A stretch of DNA of 64,000 nt from Pocillopora damicornis (taxonomy: Eukaryota). Position numbers and translations under genes: made by a program. Below, piece after piece: positions 61,981-64,000 of this stretch (within the stretch, counting starts at the first letter, position 1; every line of letters begins with the position of its first letter). Below the pieces are notes generated by a model. It was not told the origin of the DNA. It ran no database searches and saw only the letters and a program-made list of their open reading frames with translations. Where the stretch lies: assembly GCF_003704095.1 (NCBI RefSeq), contig NW_020846063.1:558001-622000 (forward strand), written 5' to 3'.

Positions 61981-62307
61981 GCGTATGCTACCGTTACCAA
62001 AAGCGTTACCGTTATCTTATCGTGTGACACAGTTAGCCGTGATTTCTCGGAAGCTTGTAAACTCTCGAAACCAAGCTAAACTTTACTATCCCGACCCTTG
62101 TTATAACGAACTGGCAGCCTGTCCAGTGAGCGCATTGAACATGAATAATAAAATTAAACGAATCAGCTGTTGAATTTGAGAACAATAGGCCATTGATTGA
62201 ATCACTGTCACGTGACAAGGTGGACTTTGCTAGAAAAATTCTTCAATCAATGTTGACGTCCCAGTTGGTGTTTCTAGGAAATCACTGATACCTCACAGAC
62301 GACAAAC

Positions 62308-62574
62308 ATGCAGAAATCCCAAACGCGGGCCATTGTTTTGCCTTTTTGGACGTTTGCTGTCCTTGTAACGGCACTAGTTGGCCTATTCCCAGCGTTACTG
62401 TATTGTATTGGTGAGATTGTAGTGCTGAAATCACGCTTTGAGCAACAACAGCAGACAATCGAGTACTTAGAAAACGTCACAGCGCATATTCAACGCAGAA
62501 CTGTGGAAAACGATTTCTCGAGCGGCGAAACGCAAGAGGCTTACCAGAGTTCCAGGCTTACCATGAAATGGAAG
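62308..62574 (+). CDS. First exon of a type II membrane protein with coiled coil, possibly another TNF/collagen-type ligand that continues beyond the window
   Basis: MQKSQTRAIVLPFWTFAVLVTALVGLFPALLYCIGEIVVLKSRFEQQQQTIEYLENVTAHIQRR...WK followed by a gt donor in phase 0. Size and layout match exon 1 of ligands 1-5; no THD is in the window. Confidence 0.55.
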
Positions 62575-64000
62575 GTTTGACGTTTTTACGTTTCCTTGGT
62601 TGACAATTTTTATTTTGAACGACCTCGAGGTCTTAGAAACCGGTCGCTCAATTATACACACAATTGTCAAAGCTTGGCAGCTACTTAGGAACGCAAAGCA
62701 CAATTACTCATTCTTTATCGGGTTTACACAAGACCTTAACGTTAATTGAAATCGTTTCTACACTAACTCAGAGTTAGTCCACGTAGGTATCTACAAGAAA
62801 ACCAAGCTAGATATTTATTTGTGGAAAACTAAACGTCATTTCCGCATTGTACATTGTTTAGGAAAGCGAAATACGACTGATGAGACAGAGGAGGGACACT
62901 GGTTCACGAAAAAATGATTCATGCCGCTGCAGGCGAGGTAGATATATCACTGAGATTTTCATCCAGTTTATACAAAACTACAAAATATAACAAAAAGAAT
63001 GGGACTAGGCGCAAGTCAATATCGGCTTGGGGTGTTATTTAGCAGCCTTAGATAGAGGGCTAGTGCATCGAGTTTATAAAATCCCCTCTCCCCCCCTTTC
63101 CCTGCCCAACACCCTTCCCCTTTTGTAAAGAGTCTGGGGCGCGAGAAAGTAGCAATGTTCATTCTGAATGAGAAGACAAGCAGCCAAATAAGCGGTCCAA
63201 AAAGCCCAGGGTTCGTGATAAAATGATAAAAAATTGGCCATACATATTTTTGCTTAAAACACTGTTTCTCGGCAATGAGGCATCCTAGAGGCACACACAA
63301 ATTATGCTTTTCCCTGGGAACAGACATTTCNNNNNNNNNNNNNNNNNNNNNNNNNNNNNNNNNNNNCCCCCCCCCCCAACGACCTTCGGCTCCAGTTCAA
63401 TTGCATTCCTAGCAGTTTATTCCTTACTCTAGCGTTTCACTTTTTCCGTCTAAATACACAGCCTACAAGAAGAGATTTGTAAAATGAGGCACTTCTTCAA
63501 TTGTTCGCATAATGATTATTTTGCCTTTACTCGAGCTGTTGGCTGAAGTCCATGAAAAGCTTATTTCTCGGAAGTCCTCTCTTACATCAAAAATCGCTTT
63601 TTGAACGAGGTGTGAAATTCAATCCTGCGACAGCCCTAAAATAAGAAAGCTGTTCGTTTTGCAATTAATTCTAAAAGAAAGGAAAAAAAAAGGTTTTACT
63701 TGCGACCTAATTTGCTTTTTATAACTTTCTCTGGATGATTCAAATTTTGTTGTTATGATATACAGTTACATAACTTGAGGTCAGGTATTGGGTCACTTTG
63801 GATAGTGGTTTATTTTGAAACTATATATATCGAAACAAAGCTTTATTAGCTTACCAAGGATATTGTTCCTGTAAGACAATACAGTTCAGATGTGGTCTGG
63901 CACGTTCTTGACCTTGGAGTCTCAATTCTAAACAATGTCTAGAAGCAATATCAATTTGCCTTGCAAAATTAAAATTCTGTTTTGAAAGCAGCTCTTTTTG

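Overview
Intron-rich animal genomic DNA from a gappy draft scaffold with many ~100-N gaps. The repeats and gene content suggest a cnidarian, probably a stony coral (inference). 1-10 kb is a CpG-depleted housekeeping block: the 3' end of DCN1/DCUN1D1 (+), complete RNF7/RBX2 (-), and a complete phospholipid scramblase (+) that is head-to-head with RNF7. 11.9-39.8 kb is a tandem array of TNF-superfamily ligand genes, all on +. Three have EDA-like architecture (type II TM, coiled coil, collagen micro-exons, TNF homology domain [THD]), one is an orphan THD exon, and two are recent collagen-less paralogs. About 41-61.6 kb is a fragmented, partly inverted array of an unannotated multi-exon gene family. 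When the exons are spliced by hand, the core encodes a divergent beta-trefoil protein: FGF-like motifs and FGF intron phases, some IL-1/IL-18-like features, and hypervariable loops. At 62.3 kb is the first exon of another type II membrane/coiled-coil gene, possibly a further TNF ligand. The most novel candidate is the diversifying FGF/IL-1-like array beside or inside a TNF-ligand cluster, in a gene neighbourhood that resembles the vertebrate 3q/13q/17p/X paralogon. All exon models were built by eye from GT-AG sites and frame continuity; no searches were run.
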